Below are positions 12,435-24,400 of a DNA stretch of 53,252 nt, one piece after another; the first letter of the stretch is position 1; every line of letters begins with the position of its first letter. The position numbers were made by a program, and so were the translations under genes. The notes beneath the pieces are model-generated. The model was not told where the DNA came from. It worked only from the letters and a program-made list of their open reading frames with translations, and searched no databases. The stretch is from the NCBI RefSeq assembly GCF_001194135.2, contig NC_068984.1, positions 51,998,360-52,051,611 of the forward strand, in the 5' to 3' direction. Source of the stretch: Octopus bimaculoides (lineage: Eukaryota).

Positions 12435-12636
12435 TCGGTTTCAAATTTTTTACATGGCCAACTATTTCGGAGGGAGGGTAAGTCAATTACATCAACTCCA
12501 GTGCTCATCTGATACTTTTTATCGACCCCGAAAGGATGAAAAGCAAAGTTGATTCTGGCAGCATTTGAATTCAGAACGTAAAGACGCTATCCTTTTCGCT
12601 CGGCGTTGTCAACGATTCTCCCAGCTCGCTGCCTTA
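12435..12636 (-). mobile_element. SINE family A
   Basis: Reverse complement of the consensus, including tail and head. Confidence 0.88.
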
Positions 12637-12793
12637 TACAAGTTCCAACTAAGATTTTAGCGAAACGAAACCTGTACATGGTCATTCGACTAACTCGAAA
12701 TATCAACCAAATTTCCCTCAAATCACATTACACTCTTCTATTTTAGAAAGGACACGTTGTATAGTATAGTTTTTCAATACACTCGGCCTGAAA

Positions 12794-13065
12794 TTAACCC
12801 ATTACATCCCATAATTCTATTAACTGGAATTTTTTTTATGTGGAATGATCAAAATAACATTTCAAAATAACATTTCAAAATAACATTTTAAATAGAAATA
12901 AGCGAGATATTTGGTGAAAAATTAGCAAACCTCATTTGAATATCAGAGAAATATACCTAGTAGATATAGCAAAAAGGTTAGATATGTGTAAATATTGACA
13001 GATAATTACGAAATTTGTAATTTTTAAGTGATCTCATATGAGATCACTGGTAGGTAATGGGTTAA
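12794..13065. mobile_element. TTAA-flanked MITE (piggyBac-like), nested in a family E repeat
   Basis: TTAA at 12794-12797 and 13062-13065; TIR CCCATTACATCCCA vs CCCATTACCTACCA; family E sequence continues on both sides. Confidence 0.85.
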
Positions 13066-13319
13066 AATAGGATGACCAGGGCCTACCTGAGGCTAAACCC
13101 GCAACAAAGCAACCAGTAAAGGGGTATTGGTTGTGTCCCTGCTCTTCACATGTCTTTTGTATTGATGAATGAACCAATTGCGTACCTGGGTGATAATAAC
13201 TATCTAATTTATCTATTCTCGTAATGTCCTCCCAATCTTTAGGCTTCCCTCAAACCATTCTCTGTAGGAAGTGTATTCCTGTGAAGCAAGATAACCATTG
13301 TCTACCGTATGAAAATAAA

Positions 13320-13464
13320 TGCCTCGCTTTGCAACCACGTGGGTTCGGGTTCAGTCCCACTGCGCAGCACCTTGAGCAGGCTTGTTTTCTACTATAGCCC
13401 CGAACAAACCAATGCCTTATGAGTTAATTTGGTAAGTGAAAATTGTGTGGAGGCCCGTTGTATA
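13320..13464 (+). mobile_element. SINE family B, 5' part, diverged
   Basis: GGTTCGGGTTCAGTCCCACTGCG..CACCTTGAGCAG..CTACTATAGCCCCG. Confidence 0.8.
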
Positions 13465-13728
13465 TACAGTAATACCCCACTTCACGAGAGCCCCGGTTTA
13501 CGAGTTTTATTTTATAACTACAAAAAGGTTAAACTGCCATTTTGTATGTGTAGTAACATCGCAACATGCGGCAACACTGGTTCGGACGCGTCTACTCAGC
13601 TGCATATAACGACGGAGTAAAATGTCGGCATAAAATTTCAATGTGTCAGTTTGCGCGTGCGCTTTTGTGGAGAGAGATTATTATAAGCTAGTTCTTTGTG
13701 CCACATATTTTATATTGTATACGTGTGT
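13465..13728. mobile_element. Possible Tigger/pogo-like MITE fragment
   Basis: TA followed by CAGTAATACCCCACTTCACGAG resembles a Tigger-type terminus; matching end not found. Confidence 0.3.
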
Positions 13729-14090
13729 TTACGAACAGGTACTCTAAAGGAACCGGAATTTTGCAATGTTATTTTATTCACTTAATTTTACAAGTTTACA
13801 CTTTTATTGCCTTCAAAGTATTCTCCATTTGAAGCAATGCATCGATTTAGACGCGTTTCCCACTGTTCGAAGCAGTGCTGAAACTTTTGAAATGTGATAC
13901 CTTTTAACGCCTCCGTCGTTATTTTCTTTACCTCTTCCACATCTGCAAATTCCGTAGACCCAGCTTTCATCACCAGTGATCTCAGCGGGGGTTGGAACTT
14001 TGCCTTTCGTCCCGTTGGGGAAGTCGGAGTTAGTAAAGCGTTGGATTAGAAGCCTGGCGATATTCGTTCTGGCTGTCATGTGCTCAAAAG
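13729..14090 (-). mobile_element. Internally deleted mariner transposase remnant
   Basis: NIARLLIQR..ITGDESWVYG is joined directly to FADVEEVKKITTEALKGITFQKFQHCFEQWETRLNRCIASNGEYFEG; terminal TACGA..AACCGGAATT at ~13729. Confidence 0.9.
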
Positions 14091-14182
14091 TTTAAATTCA
14101 ACTAAAGCCGATTTTGTCTTGTCTTTCACGGTCAGAGTCGATAAATAAACAACCAGTCAAATACCAAAGCCGTTTCTCTCCG

Positions 14183-14190
14183 TCTTTGTC

Positions 14191-14225
<35 letters not shown>

Positions 14226-14328
14226 GCCTCTGTCTGTCTGTCTCTGTCTGTCTGTCTGTCTGTCTCTGTCTGTCTGTCTGTCTCTGTCTGTCTGTCTCTG
14301 TCTGTCTGTCTGTCTGTCTCTGTCTGTC

Positions 14329-14361
<33 letters not shown>

Positions 14362-14494
14362 GTCTGTCTGTCTGTCTGTCTGTCTCTGTCTGTCTGTCTG
14401 TCTCTGTCTGTCTGTCTGTCTGTCTCTGTCTGTCTGTCTGTCTCTGTCTGTCTGTCTGTCTGTCTCTGTCTGTCTGTCTGTCTCTGTCTGTTTG

Positions 14495-14528
<34 letters not shown>

Positions 14529-14530
14529 TC
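14183..14530. repeat. Compound (TCTG)n/(TC)n microsatellite, ~350 bp
   Basis: Direct read; the source of the QTDR/SVCL pseudo-ORFs. Confidence 0.97.
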
Positions 14531-15782
14531 ACAGTCGGCTACTGCAAAGAAGAGTCGACACTGTAACATCATTCATAATTTGACTATTACCTCGTGGATT
14601 CTTAAAGAGACAAAGAGTTACTTTGGGGGTGGGGATGGGGCTGATAAAAGATATATAGCAGTAATATATTTGATTACGTCGATTATACTCCACTGCTTAT
14701 GAATTTCTGGATTTGTGCCAATGAAAAAAATATTAAGAGAATGAATTACCTAGGGACGTTATTCATCTAGAAAAAAAAAGTTAAGTTGATGTTAAAATAT
14801 TTAACAATATTTAAGTTCATGTTAATCAATTTAGAATGCAAGAGCTGAACAAGATAAAAAAAAAACAAACAAAAAAAAGCAAAAAAAAAACCCCGATGTT
14901 AATCATTGATTAGTCGATAGACACTACTCTTAGCCGTCACTCGCAAACCTGGTATATTGTACCATGCTTTTGCTAGTTGTTTTAGGTGCATATATAATCA
15001 AGAGCTGACATAGACATCATCTCGGCCCTTTCCTGTTTGACACAACAGAATATGATGCAACGGTTGGATAGCGAAAGCTCTGCACCAGAAGTTGGCTGGT
15101 ACTTATTTTCAGCAGACAAAAACTATGTCGTCTTGGCCGATCTCTAAGCAGCATCCAACCACAATGTTTCAAGACCAACGTCGATAAGCTGCTAACGCGG
15201 AAAAACATACATACACCAGATCAAATAAACACAATTGTAATTGGATATTGTAACGAGACAGTCCCACTTTGTGCAGTGTTTCAACACAGATTAACATGAC
15301 TAAATATAGAAACACTGGTCTTAGTAAGACAAAGAAATACAGTTATTCTCTGAAATATACAAGGCCAGTGAAGACACACCATTTAGATATTCTGTGCCTC
15401 TTTCTGAAGTATTTAATGAAAGAACTTAAGTACACTAATATTCAGAAAAGGAAATGTAAAACGCAAACTAAATAAATTTCCTATACATTTATCGAAATTG
15501 CAGATTTGTACATTTTCTTGTCTCCCCACTCCACACCGCATGGGTCAGAAACTGAGCCTGTGGCCATGAACATATGCAGAACAGCTGGAAAAAAAGTTGG
15601 AAATTTTCTGTAAGGAATCTAATTTGCTACAGCAGGGATTCCTAACCACCGGGTCGCACAGAAAGAATAAATTTTAAAACTTTATTTCGTAGTCTGTCGA
15701 GTGCATTTGCATTATATACGTATTACAGGGTTTTTTCTGTTGCTGTCACAAGTTTTAGTTCTTTTAATTTTGTCCCAATTGT

Positions 15783-16013
15783 TTTCAAATTTGGTGTACT
15801 GATGTAGTTTTGTGTGCTAATTATGGAAATGAAATTCATTTTTGCAATGAATAAACAAATAAATAAATAAAATGTTAATAGCTTTTAAAGTTTGCAAATT
15901 TTGGGTAATTTTAGCCAATAGAAAACCAAAGACATATTGGTATCTGTTTCCATGGTAACAAGCCAAGATATAGTCTTCCTGAAAACACAACCATGTGTAT
16001 TGTCTTTACCTTA

Positions 16014-16050
<37 letters not shown>

Positions 16051-16645
16051 NNNNNNNNNNNNNNNNNNNNNNNNNNNNNNNNNNNNNNNNNNNNNNNNNN
16101 NNNNNNNNNNNNNNNNNNNNNNNNNNNNNNNNNNNNNNNNNNNNNNNNNNNNNNNNNNNNNNNNNNNNNNNNNNNNNNNNNNNNNNNNNNNNNNNNNNNN
16201 NNNNNNNNNNNNNNNNNNNNNNNNNNNNNNNNNNNNNNNNNNNNNNNNNNNNNNNNNNNNNNNNNNNNNNNNNNNNNNNNNNNNNNNNNNNNNNNNNNNN
16301 NNNNNNNNNNNNNNNNNNNNNNNNNNNNNNNNNNTTATATTATTTACATACCTGTTACAACATTTCCCATGACTATTCAATAAGACTTATTAAAACTTCA
16401 AAACTTCTAACAATTTCCGTCGTCGTAATGTTTTGCTTTCATTAAAAGTTTGTCGTAATACTGTTGTGATAGACAGTTATCATGCACGAAATGCCAGCTT
16501 TCAAATCCTGTTTTCTGATTGGGTGAAAATGATCAAATTTTAAACCCCTGTAAAAAATTTTTTACCAATTTTCTTTTCTGGAACAATTGAATAACAAAAT
16601 CAGATTCAGCGTGAAAAATTACATCAGTATACCAAATTTGAAAAT
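15783..16645. mobile_element. Non-autonomous DNA transposon with long imperfect inverted repeats; centre in a gap
   Basis: TTTTCAAATTTGGTGTACTGATGTAGT (~15783) vs the reverse complement of ATTACATCAGTATACCAAATTTGAAAA (~16619-16645); CCAATAGAAAAC vs GTTTTCTGATTGG further in. Confidence 0.65.
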
Positions 16646-16728
16646 TTTTACTTACTTTCAAAATTTCAAAAACTGTGACAGTACCAGAAAATATTCACAT
16701 ACATACATACATGCATACATACATAACG

Positions 16729-17014
16729 AAGCACTCAGTCGGTTACGACGACGAGGGCCCCAGTTGATACAATCAACGGAACAGCTTGCTCGTGAAATTA
16801 ACGTGGAAGTGGTTGAGCATTCCACAGACTCATGTACTCTTAACGCAGTTCTCAGGGAGATTCAGCGTGACACAGAGTGTGACAAGGCTGGCTTTTTGAA
16901 ATACAGCTACTACTCATTTTTGCCAGCTGAGTGGACTGGAGCAACGTGAAATTAGTGTCTTGCTCAAGGACACAACGCGTCGCCGGGAATTGAACTCACG
17001 ACCTTATGATCGTG
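16729..17014 (-). mobile_element. SINE family C (tRNA head, CORE-like CCTTGAGCAAGACACT)
   Basis: Minus strand GGTCGTGAGTTCAATTCCCGG B box; nearly the same as 36245-36513; 5' end runs into a gap. Confidence 0.92.
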
Positions 17015-17439
17015 NNNNNNNNNNAATAAAACTTGAGGTTCGGTAGTAACTATTTTTATATCATTACATCATAAATTTATGATATAATTTTTAAAAAATT
17101 GTTACAACTGAATCTTCAATTTTATTCCGATCTTGGATGACTGTGTGTGTGTGTGTGCATATATGTATGTGCATTTCTGTGTTTGCGTGTGATTATGTGT
17201 GTTATTGTATGTGTGTGCATATATGTGTCATTGTGTGTGCGTATATGCGAATGTATGTATGTGTGTGTGTTTGGGTGTGTCTTTGTGTGTATGTTTGACT
17301 GTGAACGTGTACGAAGAAGATATTTTTTCTTTTTTTTATGCTGATCAGAATTTTTATTATCTTTTCCTTTATTAAGTGATAACATTTGAATAGAAAGAAA
17401 TAGAAAAAAGTGAAAAAGAAAAAAGGAAAAGAAAGGGGG

Positions 17440-18020
17440 GGTGCAACCAGCAGAAGATACAGAGGGAGGGACTATGGACCATACATCCCCAAAACAAATG
17501 GTGTGCGAAGAATGACCAGCGACACTTGCTGCTGCAGCGTCGCAAGTCTCATTTCTCCACGTCGCAGGGCTCATTTCTCAGACGAGCTGCCGTTGTCCCG
17601 GTTCTGCAGAAGAAATCGGTAGCACGGGGTTCGAGAACATCTGACGTCTCGACAGCGACCGGCACAAACTCATAACGGCCGGTGAGGCCCCTGTATTTAT
17701 TGATTTTTCTCTCTTCCGCATTACGGACGACGACACCCGGGTTTGTAACCGATGCAACAAGGTTGAAGCTGGAGAACGTGTCACTGTACGTTGCGTCTCA
17801 GATTTGGGATCTGCCTCCCCAGAATAGGAAAAGGGTTATTCCGTCGGGATGCTTGAAGTCCCTGCGGTCGAGACCTACTGGCTCCAGTTGAGACGGGAAG
17901 CCAGCCGCGTCTAGATCCCTTGTAATTATAATCGGTTCGCGCTAAGGCTATAGGATAATGAATGCAGGCCGAATTCATCGACCCGCGCCCGCTCCACAAC
18001 GATTATGTTTCTATCCCAGA
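17440..18020 (-). mobile_element. CRE-clade non-LTR retrotransposon 3' fragment (zinc knuckle and RLE endonuclease)
   Basis: HNRCGA/RVDEFGLHSLSYSLSANR/..LDAAGFPSQLEPVGLDRRDFKHPDGITLFLFWGGRSQI*DATYSDTF..NAEERKINKYRGLTGRYEFVPVAVETS; TGA at 17798-17800 replaces the conserved W; the frame is not shown in the ORF track. Confidence 0.88.
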
Positions 18021-18349
18021 AGTAACTTTTTAATCGAAGCAATTATTTTTCCTTCAATTATTTTTTACCTTCTTATATTATTTATTATATTATATCTAAA
18101 ACAATAAATCTACCAGCTCCATCGACGTTCCAAAGCTCTTCTACCCAGTCTTATTTTCTGGATGGAATTATATTAATGACAGTTATTGTTGCCTTCTTCG
18201 TTATTGCAAGAATCGTGGGAACGCTGTTGTTTTCGTTTCTTCTTGGTTATTACCGGAATTAAAAACTTTCTGACTGTTAGTGTCATGTTTCTTTCACCAT
18301 CCGGAAATGGTTTGGTCGAAGTGTCTGGTATTAGTTTATTACTAGGGTG

Positions 18350-18770
18350 CATTGTCTGTTGGTGTGTGTGTGTGTGTGTGTATGTGTGTGTGTGTATGTG
18401 TGTGTGTGTGTTTTGCGTGTGTGCAAGTGTGTATATGTGTTTTTGGTTTTATGTACATGTCTATGAGTGTATGTATGGTTCTGTGTGTGTTTCTCTGTGT
18501 ATATGTATGTGGGCATGTGTGTGTGTGTATGTGGGGGGAGTGTTCGTGCGTGTGTTTGTGTGTGTTTATATGCATGTATGTATGTGTGTGTTTATAGGTG
18601 CGTGTGACTGCGTGCACGTGTGTATATGCATGTGTGTGTTTGTGTGCATTGGCGTATGTGTGTGTGTGCGTGTATGTGTGTGTGTGTGTGTGTTTGTGTC
18701 TTTGAATGTGTTGGAATGTCTGTGTGTGCGTGCGTATATATGATTGTGTGAGTATACGTGTATGTTTTAA
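18350..18770. repeat. Degenerate (TG)n tract
   Basis: Direct read; a similar tract lies at 17142-17300. Confidence 0.95.
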
Positions 18771-19943
18771 TGTGCTCTGCGTTTTACTATCAATAATTAT
18801 TTGGGTATTTCAACATAAAATAGTTTTATTATTGACGAGTTATTTTTCTTTCTTATTTTGTTTTTTTTTGTTTAATTTCGTATTGTGATATAATGTGTTG
18901 CAATAGTTGCTTCTATTCATACGTACCAACACATCAATAAATACTTATACATGCACACAGAACTAGAGACATCCACCGTCTCAATAGATATAAAATTTCA
19001 GTTATAAAATTCTTGCCTGGAATATGTATATATATATATATATATATGAAAAGAAGAAAAAAAACCTTTAGGCTTTACTTCATAAAACCAGCAGTCATCT
19101 AAAAAATTAATTGGATAAAAACAAATGCTAGTTAGTGACATTCAGATAATTTAGTAGTTCACTGTGTTTGTGCGCTGAAGACAAACAAATTATAATGCAG
19201 CGAGAAATGTAATGCAATTAACATCACGGATACAACAGAAAGCAAATGAAACGCATGAACTTTATTAGTTGCAAGCATATTTAATGATTAAAACAATAAT
19301 CAGCTAATGTAACTTTTATGTTTTTATATTTTATCTNNNNNNNNNNNNNNNNNNNNNNNNNNNNNNNNNNNNNNNNNNNNNNNNNNNNNNNNNNNNNNNN
19401 NNNNNNNNNNNNNNNNNNNNNNNNNNNNNNNNNNNNNNNNNNNNNNNNNNNNNNNNNNNNNNNNNNNNNNNNNNNNNNNNNNNNNNNNNNNNNNNNNNNN
19501 NNNNNNNNNNNNNNNNNNNNNNNNNNNNNNNNNNNNNNNNNNNNNNNNNNNNNNNNNNNNNNNNNNNNNNNNNNNNNNNNNNNNNNNNNNNNNNNNNNNN
19601 NNNNNNNNNNNNNNNNNNNNNNNNNNNNNNNNNNNNNNNNNNNNNNNNNNNNNNNNNNNNNNNNNNNNNNNNNNNNNNNNNNNNNNNNNNNNNNNNNNNN
19701 NNNNNNNNNNNNNNNNNNNNNNNNNNNNNNNNNNNNNNNNNNNNNNNNNNNNNNNNNNNNNNNNNNNNNNNNNNNNNNNNNNNNNNNNNNNNNNNNNNNN
19801 NNNNNNNNNNNNNNNNNNNNNNNNNNNNNNNNNNNNNNNNNNNNNNNNNNNNNNNNNNNNNNNNNNNNNNNNNNNNNNNNNNNNNNNNNNNNNNNNNNNN
19901 NNNNNNNNNNNNNNNNNNNNNNNNNNNNNNNNNNNNNNNNNNN

Positions 19944-20008
<65 letters not shown>

Positions 20009-20917
20009 CCATATTACTTTCCTCTTCCTACCAACGTATACCAACATATACTAAATATGTTATACAACGGAGAATTTTGTGAAGAAATTCTAATCCGATC
20101 TTATTTTGAGTTTAAAGGTTTATGTCAATAATCCCTTTATTTTTCAATAGATTTCTTTTTATTACTTTCCACTATGTGAAGCAGCCGCAATGATATTTTT
20201 AAAAACCTTTTCATCAGTGCTAAGCTTTCCGTTTGTTTCCCAGAGATCGAATCCATTTTCTTCTTCTGATTAAGTCTTATTATCCCAAGGGTAGAAGGAA
20301 TGTATCAAAACCTGCGAAATTAGGCGCTCAAGTCTGTTTTTATGAAACTTAGATATTGGGGAATTTCAACTTCATTTCATTAAAGGGTCCCTATTTTCTT
20401 GAAAGGTTTACATTTCTACACATTGGGACGATGCGGAGTCAAAAATGGAAAAAGTACAATAAATTGAAAAATTACAATAAAGTATGTGTTGCAACCTTGA
20501 TCAAATCTATTGATTTTACTCCACCACATAACAAAAATAAATGTTTATAAAAACAGTTTTGCAACAAAAGGATAATACTTTTCGTGTTTTCGTGATTTTT
20601 ATTTTTTTCAAGTTTGCAACCAAACAAGAAAATATTTAAATGACTACAATAGTCTGATTTTCTGCCAAAAATGATTCGAATAGCTCTTTATAAGTGTGTA
20701 TCACACAATTTAAGCCTGTTGGTTGACAATAATCTGTTCTGTGGTAAATAATATGCAAGGCTTATAGTCGTAGACATTGGGATAAAATAGGTTAAAAAGA
20801 CTGATTGGTATTTAGTAAAAGTAGCGGGCAACAAAAGATGCTGTCTTCTTTAGAGAACAGACAAGCCATGAGCGCTTAAATTTTTTCCATCTCTGTCTTC
20901 TCAATATTCATTTAAAC

Positions 20918-21060
20918 CAGGGGTCACCAAAGGGGGTCCGAGCGACCCACTAGAGGTGGGCGAGGAATTACAGGGGGTCGATGATAGCCAAGGGGTCGAA
21001 TGGAGGTCGGCGTGCAAAAGACAAGCTCACTCAGATGAACCTGTTTGAAATACTTAGTCA
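20918..21060. mobile_element. Possible hAT (Charlie-like) terminus
   Basis: CAGGGGTCACCAAA followed by repeated GGGGTCG motifs; partner TIR not seen. Confidence 0.3.
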
Positions 21061-21197
21061 GCACCATGCTCATCCCTCACATTGATGTTAATTTCAATAA
21101 AAGATAATCCAGCCATATGATGCGTTTTTCACATTTTTTAACCGTGAAAACAATTTCATAAAAATTGAAAGTTTTATACTGTATACTCGTACACGTA

Positions 21198-21378
21198 GTT
21201 TTAGGGTTAGGGTTGGGGTTAGGGTTAGGGTTATGGTTATGAGTTATAGGGTTTTAGGGTTAGGGTTAGGGTTATGAGTGAGGTTAAGGCAAAAATAATC
21301 ATAACCCTAACTGTAATCCTAAAACTAACCCTAACTCTAAAACCCGAACCCTAACCCTAAAACCTTAAAGCTAAAACC
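21198..21378. repeat. Head-to-head degenerate telomere-type arrays (TTAGGG)n ... (CCCTAA)n
   Basis: About 7 perfect TTAGGG plus variants (21201-21277), a ~20-bp spacer, then about 4 perfect CCCTAA plus variants (21299-21378). Confidence 0.9.
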
Positions 21379-23689
21379 AGTACAAACGCACAAACGATGT
21401 CATAAATAACAGTAACACGGATAGTTGTTGACAAACAACGGCACTAATTTTATTCAAGGCAAAAGATCCCATGACATCGTTGTTTANNNNNNNNNNNNNN
21501 NNNNNNNNNNNNNNNNNNNNNNNNNNNNNNNNNNNNNNNNNNNNNNNNNNNNNNNNNNNNNNNNNNNNNNNNNNNNNNNNNNNNNNNNNNNNNNNNNNNN
21601 NNNNNNNNNNNNNNNNNNNNNNNNNNNNNNNNNNNNNNNNNNNNNNNNNNNNNNNNNNNNNNNNNNNNNNNNNNNNNNNNNNNNNNNNNNNNNNNNNNNN
21701 NNNNNNNNNNNNNNNNNNNNNNNNNNNNNNNNNNNNNNNNNNNNNNNNNNNNNNNNNNNNNNNNNNNNNNNNNNNNNNNNNNNNNNNNNNNNNNNNNNNN
21801 NNNNNNNNNNNNNNNNNNNNNNNNNNNNNNNNNNNNNNNNNNNNNNNNNNNNNNNNNNNNNNNNNNNNNNNNNNNNNNNNNNNNNNNNNNNNNNNNNNNN
21901 NNNNNNNNNNNNNNNNNNNNNNNNNNNNNNNNNNNNNNNNNNNNNNNNNNNNNNNNNNNNNNNNNNNNNNNNNNNNNNNNNNNNNNNNNNNNNNNNNNNN
22001 NNNNNNNNNNNNNNNNNNNNNNNNNNNNNNNNTATATAAGGCATTATTTACATTTGACGGATATTTGTCCTCATCTTGTTTGATAATATTGCCAAAGAGT
22101 TGGCACTTAAAGAAAATTGCTTGCAAGATTTTTACTGCTAACAATTCTGATCGTGAATTTACATAAAAATTAAAAAAAAGGAGCTTACAATGAACTCAGT
22201 TCCTACACTGAGCTCTACAAACAAATGATGTGCCATAAACATCAAAAGGTTTTGGATAAATTCTTCGCCCATCAAATAGATGATGATGATGACGACGACG
22301 ACGATGAACCATAAAATAGAAAGTAATGTCCCACATCGTCCTAATAGCTAGCTTTCCACCACCGCCACCATCACTACCATCACCACCCTTCAGACAGTAG
22401 TCAAAAGTTTTTGTGATAAAAATGCACCCTACTACGCATTCCACTTAAAGATCTTTTATATGACACATTCTACCAGTATCCCAAGTTTGAAAGTGTTTCG
22501 TTAAGAAAACAAGAGTTGCCCGTCAAATCAGAAAGATCCATATATATATATATATANNNNNNNNNNNNNNNNNNNNNNNNNNNNNNNNNNNNNNNNNNNN
22601 NNNNNNNNNNNNNNNNNNNNNNNNNNNNNNNNNNNNNNNNNNNNNNNNNNNNNNNNNNNNNNNNNNNNNNNNNNNNNNNNNNNNNNNNNNNNNNNNNNNN
22701 NNNNNNNNNNNNNNNNNNNNNNNNNNNNNNNNNNNNNNNNNNNNNNNNNNNNNNNNNNNNNNNNNNNNNNNNNNNNNNNNNNNNNNNNNNNNNNNNNNNN
22801 NNNNNNNNNNNNNNNNNNNNNNNNNNNNNNNNNNNNNNNNNNNNNNNNNNNNNNNNNNNNNNNNNNNNNNNNNNNNNNNNNNNNNNNNNNNNNNNNNNNN
22901 NNNNNNNNNNNNNNNNNNNNNNNNNNNNNNNNNNNNNNNNNNNNNNNNNNNNNNNNNNNNNNNNNNNNNNNNNNNNNNNNNNNNNNNNNNNNNNNNNNNN
23001 NNNNNNNNNNNNNNNNNNNNNNNNNNNNNNNNNNNNNNNNNNNNNNNNNNNNNNNNNNNNNNNNNNNNNNNNNNNNNNNNNNNNNNNNNNNNNNNNNNNN
23101 NNNNNNNNNNNNNNNNNNNNNNNNNNNNNNNNNNNNNNNNNNNNNNNNNNNNNNNNNNNNNNNNNNNNNNNATATATGGTTGCGTGATCAACAATTGATT
23201 TAAATTTTTGGTATAACCCTTATTATTTTTGACAAATGTTTGGGAAATCTTTTCCCGTTTTCTTGTTTATTTTATAAAAGAAATTTTTAAACCACTTCTC
23301 AGTGAAAGCAATGTGTTCTTTCGTTACTTGGTTGGATTTTAGCACAATATATTAAGACCCCCGGAAAATAATTAGCGTTAAATGGGCAGTTGTTTGAGAA
23401 CAGTATTTGCAATTAGAAGTTGGAAAGATTTCTGACAATCGAATAATCAAGAGAGGTTATAAATTGCTTACAAGAGTAGCTAATCTTAAACAGATTTTCA
23501 TTAAAATGTTTATACTATCTATTATATAACGAAAATGGTAAAAGATTAAATTTAAGATGTTTTGGCACTTCAAACTAAACACCGAATTATACCATAAGAT
23601 AGGTCATGGTTTTTAAAGGGAAGAGAACCGGTGATTTTTAAAGTTCTGTTATCGATTCTAGACCACTCTGACCTGTATTCCCATTGTAA

Positions 23690-24400
23690 TTTTCGTTTAA
23701 TTCCATATTGTAAATTTCGCTTAATTCCATACTGTAAATTTCGCTTGAGCTAGGAAGCATTTCTTTTATTTCCAAACAACAACGGACTTAACGAATGATA
23801 CCAAATATATCCTTGAACTTTTTATTTCTACTAAAAAAAGCGTTTGCCGTCTAGACAAAAATATAACAAATCCTTCACATCAGTAACGTTAAGATCAGTT
23901 ATTTCTGAGTGGATACCATTCCTTCATAGATCACACATTTTTTGGCCACCACCTCAATAACCAATTTTCCCGCTCAGAGGATCTTCTCTCTCCAAAACGG
24001 TGATATATAAAGCATCTATAATACCTTCAGGCAACACTGAAAAGAAGTGTACGATTCTCACAGATAATACGTTCAAAAACCGAGAGTGCCAGCATCTACA
24101 CTCATTTAGGTCACAGGATAAGGCAAACTCTACCTTATTTCAATTCAATTGGAAACTCAGGGACTGTAGACCAGAATGTATTCCAATAGCATGAATCAGC
24201 GTCGACAAGGCCATTCACTATTTCATCGGAGCACGAAATTGCAGTCTATGCCTAACTGTAAAGATCCACATATCAAAACAACCAATAATATAACTCAACC
24301 GGTGACCAGAGATTTTGTCTAGTTGTGGCCATCGGAAGCTATTCATCTTGAAAAGCTTCCATACTCCTGAAAATTTACGCCTTAACGCTACGGATAATTA
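23690..24400 (+). mobile_element. Penelope-like element linker and GIY-YIG endonuclease remnant
   Basis: FLFLLKKAF..ILHISNVKISYF, then VIYKASI..TILTDNTFKNRECQHLHSFR..NST..WKLR..DKAIHYFIGARNCSLCLTVK..LNR*PEILSSCGHRKLF. Confidence 0.85.

Noticed and set aside
14098-14572. QTDR/SVCL repeat ORFs, and the similar CV/HT/MYVC ORFs elsewhere
   Set aside because: Translations of microsatellites with no coding evidence.
17410-17999. GC-rich ORFs in the track that look like a host exon
   Set aside because: Explained by the CRE RLE domain in another minus-strand frame.
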